Positions 30,008 through 40,800 of a DNA stretch of 59,604 nucleotides are shown here, piece after piece. Location: NCBI GenBank assembly GCA_015523565.1, contig WAKA01000131.1:1-59604 (forward strand), given 5' to 3'. Positions within the stretch are counted from its first letter, which is position 1. The number at the start of each line of letters is the position of its first letter. The stretch comes from Candidatus Heimdallarchaeota archaeon. GTDB lineage: Archaea; Asgardarchaeota; Heimdallarchaeia; Heimdallarchaeales; Kariarchaeaceae. The notes under the pieces are model-generated. The model was not told the origin of the DNA. It saw only the letters and a program-made list of their open reading frames with translations, and ran no database searches. A program made the position numbers and the translations under genes.

Positions 30008-31894
30008 TCAAAAGAGAAAGGAAAGGGTATCGTAGAGCTCTTGCAGATCAATTGAAACATCAATTGATTCAAAATAATTGGACCAAGCTGTATCAAGGGC
30101 TTTACGAGTCCCTTTTTCTATTTGTTTTGAAATTGGAGGAAGATCCATGAATCTTAGTTTATCAAATTCACCAAGTATTTTCTGGCGAAAGATTGGTGGA
30201 ACAGAGATAGGATTTATCATAAGGGGCTCATTGGAGTAATCAACGATTTGAAGTCTCCCAAGGTCACGACCGATTATCCTTCTGCTCCGCATGAAAAAGT
30301 ACAAGAAAAAACTGGAAGAAAACCATGAAGCAAGGAGTTTCAAAGTTTCTTTTTCACCCCTGAACATGTAAAAGTTTTTGGTGGGGATGACAAGATCGTC
30401 CATAAAGTGCACATATGTACCTACAGTTTTCATGCCAAACTTGTCAACCATTGCAAGATTAGTGAAAGGAGATTTTGTCTGGACTTGAAAATAAGGATGA
30501 TGTATCCATTGGGCACCAAATTTTTTTATGGCTGGTGTAGCATAGGCTTTTGTCCTAGCAACATATTCCTGAACAGCCTTATGGGATTCCTGATTTGGGG
30601 GGATAATGAGAAGATAATGCATAACATTTGGAGAGATTTTGTTTTTGTAGAGGGAGGGCTTCCTGAGAGCCTTTTTCAAGAATGAACGAGGCATTTCAAG
30701 AATATATCCGTCTGGGGACACAATTGCAATTGTATCATGTTTTTCATCCAAAATCCGCCAAGTTTTATTGGGTATCAGAAAGAATTCGGGACCATACATC
30801 TCTACACCACGTCTGAGCAAATTTTCATGGGCAGATGTCGTTTGAAGGCATTGGGATTGAAGAACCTTAAGTTGAGGGGAGACTGGATAAATGAATTTGA
30901 GCCAATTCCAGGCACCTTCCAATTCTTTTTGAGAAATTGAATTTATGTTGTGCATTTTTTTGGCTTGATCAATTTGGGAAAATGTGACAACATTTGTATC
31001 TGGAATGGATTTGCTTGCAATTAAAATTAGCTCACGGATTTTACTGCCATCGGAAAATGATGTCATTCCAGGGTTTCCAATGATTTGATGAATCGTATAA
31101 TTTTGAAGCAGGAATTTCTTAATTCCAGAGGCATATTTTGCAGTAAAGGTTCCAGACGGAAGAATAGCAATAAGTGTCCCACCAGTCGTTAGCATTTTAT
31201 CTGCCAAGAAGAGGGAATAGACATGCAACCCCATCTGTCCTTCAAAGTACTCCATATAGGATGAAAGAGACTCTTTTATTGTATCAAGCGAGCTAGGAGT
31301 CAAATAATGGGGACGAGTAAACGGAGGATTCATGACAACAATGTCAAAAAGATTAGAGATATTTTGTAGCTTGAATGCATTTGAATGAAAAATGGTTAAT
31401 TCTGTGGAGTGTGTAAGCATCAATGGCATAAGGGTTTGAAGAGAGGAGAGAACAGAGGGGAAATAAATTTCAGACCCGAAGATTGACAGAGGATGGGAAT
31501 AAGACTTTTGCATTTCAAATAATAACCTACCACTGCCATGGAATGGATCAGTCACTTTTCTTGCCGTAGGATTATATCGATAAGCAAGTTTTCCAAGAAA
31601 CTTGGCAATGGGTTTATTGGTGAAGTTTGCAGAAAGCCTTCTTTTTAACCCAAGATTAATTTTTTGTAAAGATCGACCATAATTGGGGTTCTCTGCAATG
31701 AGATTTTCCCCTAGTTCCTTTAATTCATTTAAGAGAAGAGAATTGATGAAAACCTGTTTTTTGTAAGTCTTTAATTTGTCCAACAATTTGCGATCCAAAA
31801 TTGGACAAACATCCCTAGAAAATCCTAAACCCTCAATATCCGATGATGTTATGCCAAAAGGAGAAAAAGATGAAAAAACATGATCAAGAATCAT
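30008..31894 (-). CDS. N6-adenine DNA methyltransferase (gamma-class / Eco57I-like), apparently orphan
   Basis: Motif I DPFHGSGRLL, motif IV DIVVMNPPF, GG.LIAILP, long C-terminal target-recognition region. Confidence 0.85.
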   Translation of the reverse strand: MILDHVFSSFSPFGITSSDIEGLGFSRDVCPILDRKLLDKLKTYKKQVFINSLLLNELKELGENLIAENPNYGRSLQKINLGLKRRLSANFTNKPIAKFLGKLAYRYNPTARKVTDPFHGSGRLLFEMQKSYSHPLSIFGSEIYFPSVLSSLQTLMPLMLTHSTELTIFHSNAFKLQNISNLFDIVVMNPPFTRPHYLTPSSLDTIKESLSSYMEYFEGQMGLHVYSLFLADKMLTTGGTLIAILPSGTFTAKYASGIKKFLLQNYTIHQIIGNPGMTSFSDGSKIRELILIASKSIPDTNVVTFSQIDQAKKMHNINSISQKELEGAWNWLKFIYPVSPQLKVLQSQCLQTTSAHENLLRRGVEMYGPEFFLIPNKTWRILDEKHDTIAIVSPDGYILEMPRSFLKKALRKPSLYKNKISPNVMHYLLIIPPNQESHKAVQEYVARTKAYATPAIKKFGAQWIHHPYFQVQTKSPFTNLAMVDKFGMKTVGTYVHFMDDLVIPTKNFYMFRGEKETLKLLASWFSSSFFLYFFMRSRRIIGRDLGRLQIVDYSNEPLMINPISVPPIFRQKILGEFDKLRFMDLPPISKQIEKGTRKALDTAWSNYFESIDVSIDLQELYDTLSFLF

Positions 31895-31952
31895 TTTGCA
31901 ATAGATAGAGATAATTTACGGACTTTATTTTTATTGCTATGAAGTTTTGTGT

Positions 31953-34900
31953 CTATTGAACGGGTGTTTTTTTGACGGGGTTATCAACCATATAAAATTC
32001 AGTAGAGATATTAAGAACAGCAGATCCATCAATAGTGACAACTAAACCATGCTGTGCTTGGAATTCAGAAGAGTAGATACCCAATTGATAGCTGTAAGCC
32101 ACGTATGTCCCATCTCCTACACCAAGGAATGTAGCTATTCCACTGGAGTTAGTAATGGCATAGTATCCAGTCCATTGATAGTATCCATTACCAGAAGGCA
32201 GGTAAAGGTAGACATAGGCCGATGTAAGAGGAGTGCCATCATAGTCAATCAATTTGACATAGACAGTTCCACCACCAATGTTTACTTCATGGATATCGCC
32301 AGATTTGGCAGTTATTTGACCACCAATATACGACTGGCCATAGGTAAAGTATGCTTTAGTTACAACTAAGACATATTTGCTTTGGTTGTTGGCATAGACA
32401 GTTGCAACACCAGAGGAATTTGTATAACCATAGCCAGCTTGAATCCCCTGATATGAGAGATACACCCTCATTTGGGGAACGGTATTGTTGGCACCATCTA
32501 GAACCCGTATATATATTGGGACAGGATGGATTTCCACATTTTTGTTGGCAGTCGCATTGAAGAGATTTGAGTATACATAGCCCTTGCCAGGATAGTAGGA
32601 ATAGGCAAGATATGAGGCATTGACAACCGCATTCAGAACAGCAACACCTGAGGCATTTGTTTTTGCCCATCCACCCCAATAGCCCTCTGTAGTCCGCAGA
32701 TATACCCATTGGTCTGCACCTACCTTGGATGTGGAATCAATTTGATATACACTTACAGAGACGGTTGTCGTTGCTAATGAATACTCGAACAATGTATTCC
32801 CAGTCACATTGAATGTTGATGATTTCTGCGATACAACAGGATACTTGTATATTCTTAGATAATATGAGTCATTTATCACGAATGAAAACACGGCGTATCC
32901 AGTCGTATTAGTTTTAGCCCAGCCAGAATACGTACCTAGTTCAGAGGAATATAAGTACACATAGGCATTTTGCAATGCAGAACCGTTGTTCAGTATTCGA
33001 ACTGTAAGTTGATGACCAATGACAACAATGGTAGTGACAAGTCCATCAGATGAATTTAAGGGTGAGGACAATATTTCCCTTCCTGACAGATATAACCGAG
33101 CCACAAGTTCAGTATTGTTTGGTGCAAGAACCGTGGCAATCCCTGATGAATTGAAAACACCATATCCTATATAGCTGTTATTGGAATTGAAGTAGATATA
33201 TGTATAAGTCCAAGAATTAGGTGGCTGGAACCCATTGCCGTTACTATCCACTAGTTTCACATATATTGTCACCAAATCAAACAGGACAGTGTTGACCGTA
33301 TTTTCCACTAATGTTATGGGCTTTGAATACAAGGAACCCATTCGGATCTTGTAAGTGGATCCATTACTGATGGTAACTGTGGCATATCCTGTTGAATTGG
33401 TTTTGCCCCATCCTGCGTATGAATTCTGGAGGGTATACAGATAGAAATAGGAATTCTTCAATGGTTGTCCAGAAGTTGTCATAAGACGTATTGTGGTGCT
33501 TGCAGGCTGAACCACAACTGTTCCACCGTTTGTTATGGTGAAATTGCTCGAGTAAAAGTACAGATATGGGCTATAAGAATAGACATAGACGCGATACATT
33601 CCAGATTCAGGAGCATTGAAGTTGGCTTTCCCATTAGAATCAGTTGTGGAATAACCAAGATAGACCCACCCAGAGGTGGCTGCATAAAGGTAAACCCTTG
33701 CATTCGCCAAATTGGTTCCATCTGAATTCTTTACATGAATGGTGAATGGAACCACATTGACAACCAACAAGACAGATGTGGTTATTGAAGTGTTGAATAC
33801 AGCAGTCTGTATTATGGTGCCATAATCAATGCCAATAGTGTAATTGGTGTTGGGCAACAATGCAAATGTGGCATTGCCATTTGCATTCAAATATTGTGTC
33901 ACATAGATTTCACCATTCAGATATGCATTCACCCTAGTGTATTTTATTGGATTGCCAGAATTATCTTGGACATGCACTTCGACCAATGTACCGCCAAGTT
34001 TAAACTGCACAACCATACCGTTTGTGGCGTTAAATGAGAGACTTCTTGCTTGGGTATATTTTCCACTGATGTAGAAGTACGTCCTCAGGTAGACACTGGT
34101 ATTTTCAGAAACCGTGGTTATAAACGTTGCAATTCCAGAAGTATTGGTTCTGGCAAATCCAAGATATTTGTTGTCTTTTGATGACATCAGATATACATAT
34201 TGATTTTGTCGTGGAGATCCATTCGGATTGGTCACATTCGCATAAATGACCAAACCTTGGATTGTGATGTTGTAAACCAGGTCTGAATTGACACTGAATT
34301 TGCTTGTGGAATGATATGAAGAACCAGCATAGTATTTAAGGTAATAAGATCCATTCTTCAGACCATAAAAGTCCGCAAATCCCGTATTGTTTGTTCTTTG
34401 GGAGCTTAAAGCCCTTCCAAACTCATCATACAATGAAACATATATAGAGGAAACGGGATCACCAGAAGAAGTGGTAACATTTACGGACAGATGATTTCCA
34501 TCCAAGTAAAATTCATAGACAGAACCTGGAACCACTTTGAATATACCAGAATTGTAGGTTTTTCCTTTTGTCACTTGTATTTTAAATTCGCTTGCAGGAA
34601 TTGAAAACGCAGCGTATCCTGTTGCATTGGTGTATTTATATCCGACGTATGTTGCAGAGGATCCAATTACGGAATATGCACGGACAAATGCAGAAGAAAT
34701 GCCGACGTTATTCTGTTGCAGGACTTTGACATAAACAACACCAGGGTTGGTATTGATGTAAACATCCTTTGTTTGAGATACGTCAACAAAAGAGCTTGAA
34801 GCAGGAACGGTGGAACCATGATAGGCGTTAAATTTATATTCACCATTCAAAAGGTAAAAAGTGGCTGAGCCATTAATATTTGTAGTTTTTGAGATGCCTG

Positions 34901-35816
34901 TGACTTGTTCCACAACCTTGTTGTTTACAATGACTTTTTTGTATGAATAAATGGTTGCTCCATCAACAGGAACATCATTTTCGGAATAGTGAACGTTTAC
35001 AGCCTGGATTTGGCTTTTTATGGGAACCTTCCTGAATAGCTTAAAGTTGTCCAATCTTGCAGGATGAGTAAACACAGCAGTTTTCTTGACATCTGTTGGC
35101 GAAATGTAGATTTTCAGGTAGTATTTCCCAGCCCTTAACCTAAAAGAAGCCTTGCCATTATCATCTGTTACTTTTTCGACAGATGCAGGCAAGTCTTTTC
35201 TGGCATCAAAGGGGACAACCTTAATACCCTTGAGTTTGCGACCACCAGCTTGAAGCAGTTCGACTGCGTCTGGTTCATTTCTGGATGCGGCCATTTCCAA
35301 TTGCATTCTTAGTGTGGCAGATATTACAGTGCTATCCTGTAATTGAAATGTTAGAGGGTCAGTAGGGTTGATTTCAGTCACAGAACCAGTAAGTTTTGCG
35401 TTTCCACCAGCCATAGAGAATATTAATGTATATGAATCCCCAATTGAAAATTGTTCGCTGGATTTTCCAGCGGTTATTACCAATTTCCCTGGTTCAGAGG
35501 CACTGATAGAATCTGATGTTAGTGGCAGAGACCACCAAGAATCTCCTACGAAGACTCCATTTGAAAAAATGACCGACACATTGGCAATTGGAACTGAATT
35601 CACAGTCTTGGTTGTTAAGTCAAAGACTGCCAAATCAGCCTTGCCATCACCGTCAAAATCATAAAATTTGTCTTCGCTAAGTGAGACATCATATATTGAG
35701 GATCCCTTATTAATATAATAATTCACCAATAATGCCACGGATGCTGCGGCGGCAACAACAATAGCGATCAAAAGCATTGTAGCGACAATTGGAGAGACTG
35801 CTTTTCTACCTTTCAT
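31953..35816 (-). CDS. Giant type IV pilin-like protein with about 13 tandem carboxypeptidase-regulatory/transthyretin-like beta-sandwich repeats
   Basis: Class III signal MKGRKA|VSPIVATMLLIAIVVAAA; DFDGDGKAD loop; repeats of V.V.D..G.P....V.LY...TN..G.A.F; no C-terminal TM. Confidence 0.85.
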   Translation of the reverse strand: MKGRKAVSPIVATMLLIAIVVAAAASVALLVNYYINKGSSIYDVSLSEDKFYDFDGDGKADLAVFDLTTKTVNSVPIANVSVIFSNGVFVGDSWWSLPLTSDSISASEPGKLVITAGKSSEQFSIGDSYTLIFSMAGGNAKLTGSVTEINPTDPLTFQLQDSTVISATLRMQLEMAASRNEPDAVELLQAGGRKLKGIKVVPFDARKDLPASVEKVTDDNGKASFRLRAGKYYLKIYISPTDVKKTAVFTHPARLDNFKLFRKVPIKSQIQAVNVHYSENDVPVDGATIYSYKKVIVNNKVVEQVTGISKTTNINGSATFYLLNGEYKFNAYHGSTVPASSSFVDVSQTKDVYINTNPGVVYVKVLQQNNVGISSAFVRAYSVIGSSATYVGYKYTNATGYAAFSIPASEFKIQVTKGKTYNSGIFKVVPGSVYEFYLDGNHLSVNVTTSSGDPVSSIYVSLYDEFGRALSSQRTNNTGFADFYGLKNGSYYLKYYAGSSYHSTSKFSVNSDLVYNITIQGLVIYANVTNPNGSPRQNQYVYLMSSKDNKYLGFARTNTSGIATFITTVSENTSVYLRTYFYISGKYTQARSLSFNATNGMVVQFKLGGTLVEVHVQDNSGNPIKYTRVNAYLNGEIYVTQYLNANGNATFALLPNTNYTIGIDYGTIIQTAVFNTSITTSVLLVVNVVPFTIHVKNSDGTNLANARVYLYAATSGWVYLGYSTTDSNGKANFNAPESGMYRVYVYSYSPYLYFYSSNFTITNGGTVVVQPASTTIRLMTTSGQPLKNSYFYLYTLQNSYAGWGKTNSTGYATVTISNGSTYKIRMGSLYSKPITLVENTVNTVLFDLVTIYVKLVDSNGNGFQPPNSWTYTYIYFNSNNSYIGYGVFNSSGIATVLAPNNTELVARLYLSGREILSSPLNSSDGLVTTIVVIGHQLTVRILNNGSALQNAYVYLYSSELGTYSGWAKTNTTGYAVFSFVINDSYYLRIYKYPVVSQKSSTFNVTGNTLFEYSLATTTVSVSVYQIDSTSKVGADQWVYLRTTEGYWGGWAKTNASGVAVLNAVVNASYLAYSYYPGKGYVYSNLFNATANKNVEIHPVPIYIRVLDGANNTVPQMRVYLSYQGIQAGYGYTNSSGVATVYANNQSKYVLVVTKAYFTYGQSYIGGQITAKSGDIHEVNIGGGTVYVKLIDYDGTPLTSAYVYLYLPSGNGYYQWTGYYAITNSSGIATFLGVGDGTYVAYSYQLGIYSSEFQAQHGLVVTIDGSAVLNISTEFYMVDNPVKKTPVQ
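32020..35250 (-). repeat. Protein-level tandem repeat array, about 13 units of about 80-85 aa
   Basis: Recurrent cores TDDNGKASF, TNINGSATF, TNATGYAAF, TNNTGFADF, TNTSGIATF, LNANGNATF, TDSNGKANF, TNSTGYATV, FNSSGIATV, TNTTGYAVF, TNASGVAVL, TNSSGVATV, TNSSGIATF. Confidence 0.88.
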
Positions 35817-35826
35817 GGTTCTTCAC

Positions 35827-37701
35827 CTAACCTTTCTTTTTAATTATGACGAATATTACACCGAATATGCCAATTATGGTGCCGATTATTCCCACCAATA
35901 ATATTGGAGAATTTCCATCATTAAAGTTGCCATTTAAAATCTCATTTATTCCACCTTGTGAGGAGGAGGATAAGAATGCCCCCGTAGATTGGGATTGGTT
36001 TTGTGGTACTATTTTTGTCGTAAATGACCATTCCATCAACAAATTCAGGTCAGAAATGGAAATGGAACCTGAAAAATTAAGATCCAAAGGTTCATCAAGT
36101 AAATCAAATCCTTTTGCAATCCAGACAAATGTAATCATTCCTGAGGAATTGGTCAACCCTACAGCAGTAGTGTCGTTGGATGATTCAAACACACCCAATA
36201 TTGTTGAAATTGATACTAAAGCACCTGAGTATGGTTGAGATGTTTCATTGTAGACCATAATTGTTATCTTCAGTTTTTCGTTAGGATGAACCTCGTCGTT
36301 ATCCGCCATGACATCATATGAAAAGCTCAATGGCAACGGCTTGACATGAATGTTTGCAGAATTTGTTGCAATTCCAGTCTCGTTGCCATATGCCTCTACA
36401 AGAATACTGACAGTTGTTCCGATAATTGAAAGAGGAATTAAATCAGCAACCCAGATTGCGGATGCCCTACCATTCCCATCTGACTTCAGCAACAATTTTG
36501 TTTTCCCGTTTTCCAAGAAATAGCCTTCATTACTTGTCAACGATATTGTTGCCCCAATTACCTTGGTTGTTTTGTGGGTAATCTCCAAGTTGATGAGAAC
36601 AGTTTGATTGACTTCGACATCAGTCTCGTTGATACTCAAATTAATTGTATAAATGATGGGGGAAACCTGTAAGGTTTTATTGATTGTGATTTGAGCACCT
36701 GCTTTGGTTATTATTGCTTGGAAATTGACATTAATTTCACTGGCAACGGATGGGGCAGTCCACAAAAATGTTGCAACTCCAGTTGAGTTCGTTGTTGACT
36801 GTTCGCTGAAGGATCCTAAGGAATTTTGGAATAATATAACCTCTGCATTTGATACGGTACCATCGGTTCCATTAGCTAAAACAAAAATTTGTACGGATTC
36901 ATTGGTTTCAATAGATGATTTTGAAAACAAAATGAATGATCCATTGAGATCATATTGCTTAAGTTGAATTTGAATGGTTGAGATGTAATTAAGTCCTGAG
37001 CGAATTGTTGCAGTGGCTTGAAGGGTGACGTTAATGTCTTCAGAAATGCTGGGAGGAGCAGACCATAAAGTGGATGCCTTTCCCAATGAATCAGTCAAAA
37101 CATTAGTTGAAGAAAAGTTGCCGATACCATCTGAGGAGTTGAAAAAGACTTGAATGCCACTGAGATCACCTCCATTGATCGAAAATGAGGAAAAGGTTAA
37201 TGAAACCGTTTCTCCAGGGTGGACAACAGAAGTGTTACCATCCAAAGACGTTGATGTCAATTCAACAGCAGAAGGGGTGATTGTAATAAATTGACTTTGC
37301 AATGAATATGTATCGCCACCATAGGTCACATTCACCTTGATTTCCACGTTTGGTATTTCGATGTTCGATTCAGGAACATACCATAGCAGGGAAATATAAC
37401 CAGACGTATTCGATGGGCCAAATACGGAAGGAACATTTGCAGATTCATTTCTAATGAGGTCTCCAACAATTCCCGAATCGCCAAAAGGGGAAATGATTTG
37501 GATAGAAGCATCAGCACCTGATACTGAACCACTTGAATTTGCGGTATAGATATTTATTTGTGTTACACTTCCATCCAAAACAAAACCAGTTCCATTCCCA
37601 ACAGAAAAGGTTGAGGAATCCAAGATAATGGCGGTGGGAGGAAGAATGATAAAACTGCTTAGAAGTAGAGAAAGAAGAAGTAATGATTGTTTTTGAAGCA
37701 T
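35827..37701 (-). CDS. Membrane-anchored surface protein with about 5 invasin/intimin-type (Big-1-like) Ig domains
   Basis: Signal peptide; repeats TDSLGKASTLWSAP, TNSTGVATFLWTAP, SDGNGRASAIWVA, TNSSGMITFVWIA; C-terminal TM plus KKKG. Confidence 0.8.
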   Translation of the reverse strand: MLQKQSLLLLSLLLSSFIILPPTAIILDSSTFSVGNGTGFVLDGSVTQINIYTANSSGSVSGADASIQIISPFGDSGIVGDLIRNESANVPSVFGPSNTSGYISLLWYVPESNIEIPNVEIKVNVTYGGDTYSLQSQFITITPSAVELTSTSLDGNTSVVHPGETVSLTFSSFSINGGDLSGIQVFFNSSDGIGNFSSTNVLTDSLGKASTLWSAPPSISEDINVTLQATATIRSGLNYISTIQIQLKQYDLNGSFILFSKSSIETNESVQIFVLANGTDGTVSNAEVILFQNSLGSFSEQSTTNSTGVATFLWTAPSVASEINVNFQAIITKAGAQITINKTLQVSPIIYTINLSINETDVEVNQTVLINLEITHKTTKVIGATISLTSNEGYFLENGKTKLLLKSDGNGRASAIWVADLIPLSIIGTTVSILVEAYGNETGIATNSANIHVKPLPLSFSYDVMADNDEVHPNEKLKITIMVYNETSQPYSGALVSISTILGVFESSNDTTAVGLTNSSGMITFVWIAKGFDLLDEPLDLNFSGSISISDLNLLMEWSFTTKIVPQNQSQSTGAFLSSSSQGGINEILNGNFNDGNSPILLVGIIGTIIGIFGVIFVIIKKKG

Positions 37702-37826
37702 CTCGCGTTAAATTAGCTTTGCAACCTATTTAAATAAATTGACATTTAAACAGGATTTTTCTTCTTTTTTTAAAAATCGAAAGAAAAGCAAGATTATAGA
37801 ATTCAAACAACAGGATAAAGGGAGAG

Positions 37827-40800
37827 TCAAGCTTCTAAAACAGAACCATACAAATTCTGTATATCCCATGATTGTTTTTTAAGGAAATTCAGAATTTGTG
37901 CTTTGGAATCATCAGGAAGACTATGGAACAATTCCTTGATACGTGAAGAAGAGGAAAGGAAGGATCGAAGTTGAAGTTCAACAGCCAAATTCTCATCAGG
38001 AGAAGAATGCATGTTTTTCATTGAATTGAGGATTTGTTGTGGATTCCTTACCAGCCAATTAGAGAAAGCATGTGTCAAAACAGAGAGGTAGGCGATAGAA
38101 GTGATTTCTACCTTATGAAGAAGGGATTGCAAATAGCCTTCCAATAAGCGATAAAATATAACCATTAAAAATCCATGAGGAAGGTTTTCAGTTGTGACAA
38201 GATCGTCAATAACAGAAGTCAGAAATTTTGATCCCTGAAACCCATTTTTCATGATATGATCCAACATTGTCTTGTCAAAAAATATTTTTTGAATAACAAG
38301 ATATTTTACATAATTGCTAATGCATGAAAGTTCTGATAAATTTGGGATGGGGTCTGGAAATCTAAGGAATTGGAGAAGTTGTGCAAGGCAATCAAGCTTA
38401 GTCTTGACCTGAGAGGAAAGTGAAGAGGGAAACTCAACATTTTCTTTCAACATTAGAGAGAGAAATGCAAAGTCAGAAACCAATTCACCATAATAATCAC
38501 CAAGTTTATCCCATTCCATGAACAATGTGGGGGTAACCTCATTCCAAAGAAAAAGAAAAATTTGTAAGAATACCTTTTTTGTTCTTTTGTTAAACCAAAA
38601 TGCAAGAAACTCATTGATTACCTCAATCCTATCTCGAATGATAGAAGATACACAGGCTATAGTGATGACTTTATTGAATTGGGAAAAGTCATCGATACGG
38701 TCTAAAATCACCTCTAGGAATTTTTGGAGATACCATTGCTCCTTTGGAAAGAAAGACATTACAAGAAATGGAACAGCTTTTGGGTATAAGGAATAATTGA
38801 CCTTAGCAATTGATAGAAATTGGAAAAACTCATCAATCCTTCCTTCAATTGGTAGATTCTCAACATGTGTACTAAACAGTTCTTTGATAAGGCGTTCTTG
38901 ACCAATAAGTTGTTTTGGATATTTCCATCCTTTAACTAGATATTCAATCAAGAATTGTTTCAGATGTTTATCTCGATATCTTAAGGTAAAAATAATTGAA
39001 GTTGGCAATTGCAAAACAAATGCATATCCCGCAATTTTTATGGCATAGAAATCTGTGAGATTGATGTCGGGTAAGACATTCTGGATAGATATGAAAGACA
39101 AAGCTTCATCTTCATTGAATTGTGCAAGATGGTCAAGAAAAGCTTGAAGGAGTGACTGTAATGAGTTAATAGTGATAGGATCATGATCAAACAATAGCAG
39201 ATATAATGAGATAATGGGAAAATCATCAACAAACCTAAGTTTTCCGTTAATTTGGGGGAGACAATATTCCATCAATGTTTTTAGGGAGGGGGAACGGGAT
39301 TCTACAAAATGCAATAATTCCTCAATAAGGTCTGGTTCAATCAAGAATTCACCTTTCAATAATAGGTCCATATATTGGTAGAAGGCATTATCAGACCAAT
39401 TGGCATTAAGATAATGCATAATCAGACGATTAACGAATTTGTGGTTAAGTTCATCGCGAGGTATTTTTGATGCAAATGAAGCAAACGAAACCGTATTGTC
39501 AGATGAATAAAGTAGTTCATTGAACTTTTCACCAAAAGAAATGATAAAGTCAATCAAGGTCATCATCTTATGGTTTGAGGAATAATGCCAAGTTAATGCA
39601 TTTAGCACCAAATCAGGGAAGTATTGGTCAGGAAGATATACAAAACATTCGACGAGCGATCCAGCAAGATTTCGAAGGGTTCTTGAAGATTGGGTAAGTT
39701 CCAGCAAGTTGATGGAAAAGGTTTCCAAAAGTTGGGTTTTTTCATGAATTGGATTCTGAATTGTTTGCAAAAGAGACAATGTTTCCATCAAAACATCTTC
39801 CAAGTAAGGGAAGGTAGCTTCAATCAATTGTTCCGATACCGTTGTACCAGAAATAAGCAAAAGCGAAGTAAAATAAGCACAATGTTCCAAATTGATTCTC
39901 TGCATTTTGGATCTGTTTCCAAGCAGTTGAAGAAGAAGAGAATGAAGTTCCTCCAATTCCGCACGATCATATGGATTGAAATATACAAGTTGGGATTCCC
40001 ATGATTTGAATGTTTTTTTCACATTGGACATCTTATTGATTACATCCATGTCAATTGGGGAAAACGAATAAGTTTTTACTTCACGAATGATTTTCCTTAA
40101 TGTCTCGTCAGAAGTTATACGAACATGATTGTTACACAATTCAGTATGCAACAATATGAATTTGAATTTACTTCGGCATTTTTCAATTAGCGTGGATAGA
40201 CCATTGGTGGGGATGGGTATCCAATCTCGAAATGACCATTCAAAGGAGGGGAAAGACAAATCTGTATAGTGTTTTTCATAAAGTCTCATTATTTCCCCAA
40301 AAAACCTTGATCCTTCAGAAGTTTCCAGTATTGAAATTATATAGGGTGTAAAATCAATGATTTCCTTCAATTTAAGTGGGTTTTCAAATAGGAGATTGGG
40401 AGTTTCAATAATTTGGAACCCTAAAAACATCAGGGAATTCATGGAAAGTGTTTTGTTAGAAATAGTTTCCATGTCTAGAAGCTTTGTTTGAAAATCATCG
40501 ATTAATTGACCTAAAACATAGTCTTGGTCAAGTTTTTGGAAGTGGTTTTTTAACCAACAGGAAATGGCAAAATCAGCAAATGAACGTCTTGATATGGGGG
40601 GAAATATGAAATAATCACCATTGGGTTCATTAAATAAAGGAGGGCTTTTGATATTAAAGATGAAATGACTTCTTGTTTTTTTGGCTGACAGCACCTTTTT
40701 GAATAGTTTTGAAATGTTGGGAGGAATTTTATCAGGATTTAGAAATAAAATGTCTGCGTGATCAATTGCGAAAATTACTTCCTTTGGTTTAAAGAGCTTG

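Noticed and set aside
32020-35250. CRISPR array or DNA tandem repeat
   Set aside because: The periodicity is only at protein level, within one ORF; the DNA units are highly diverged
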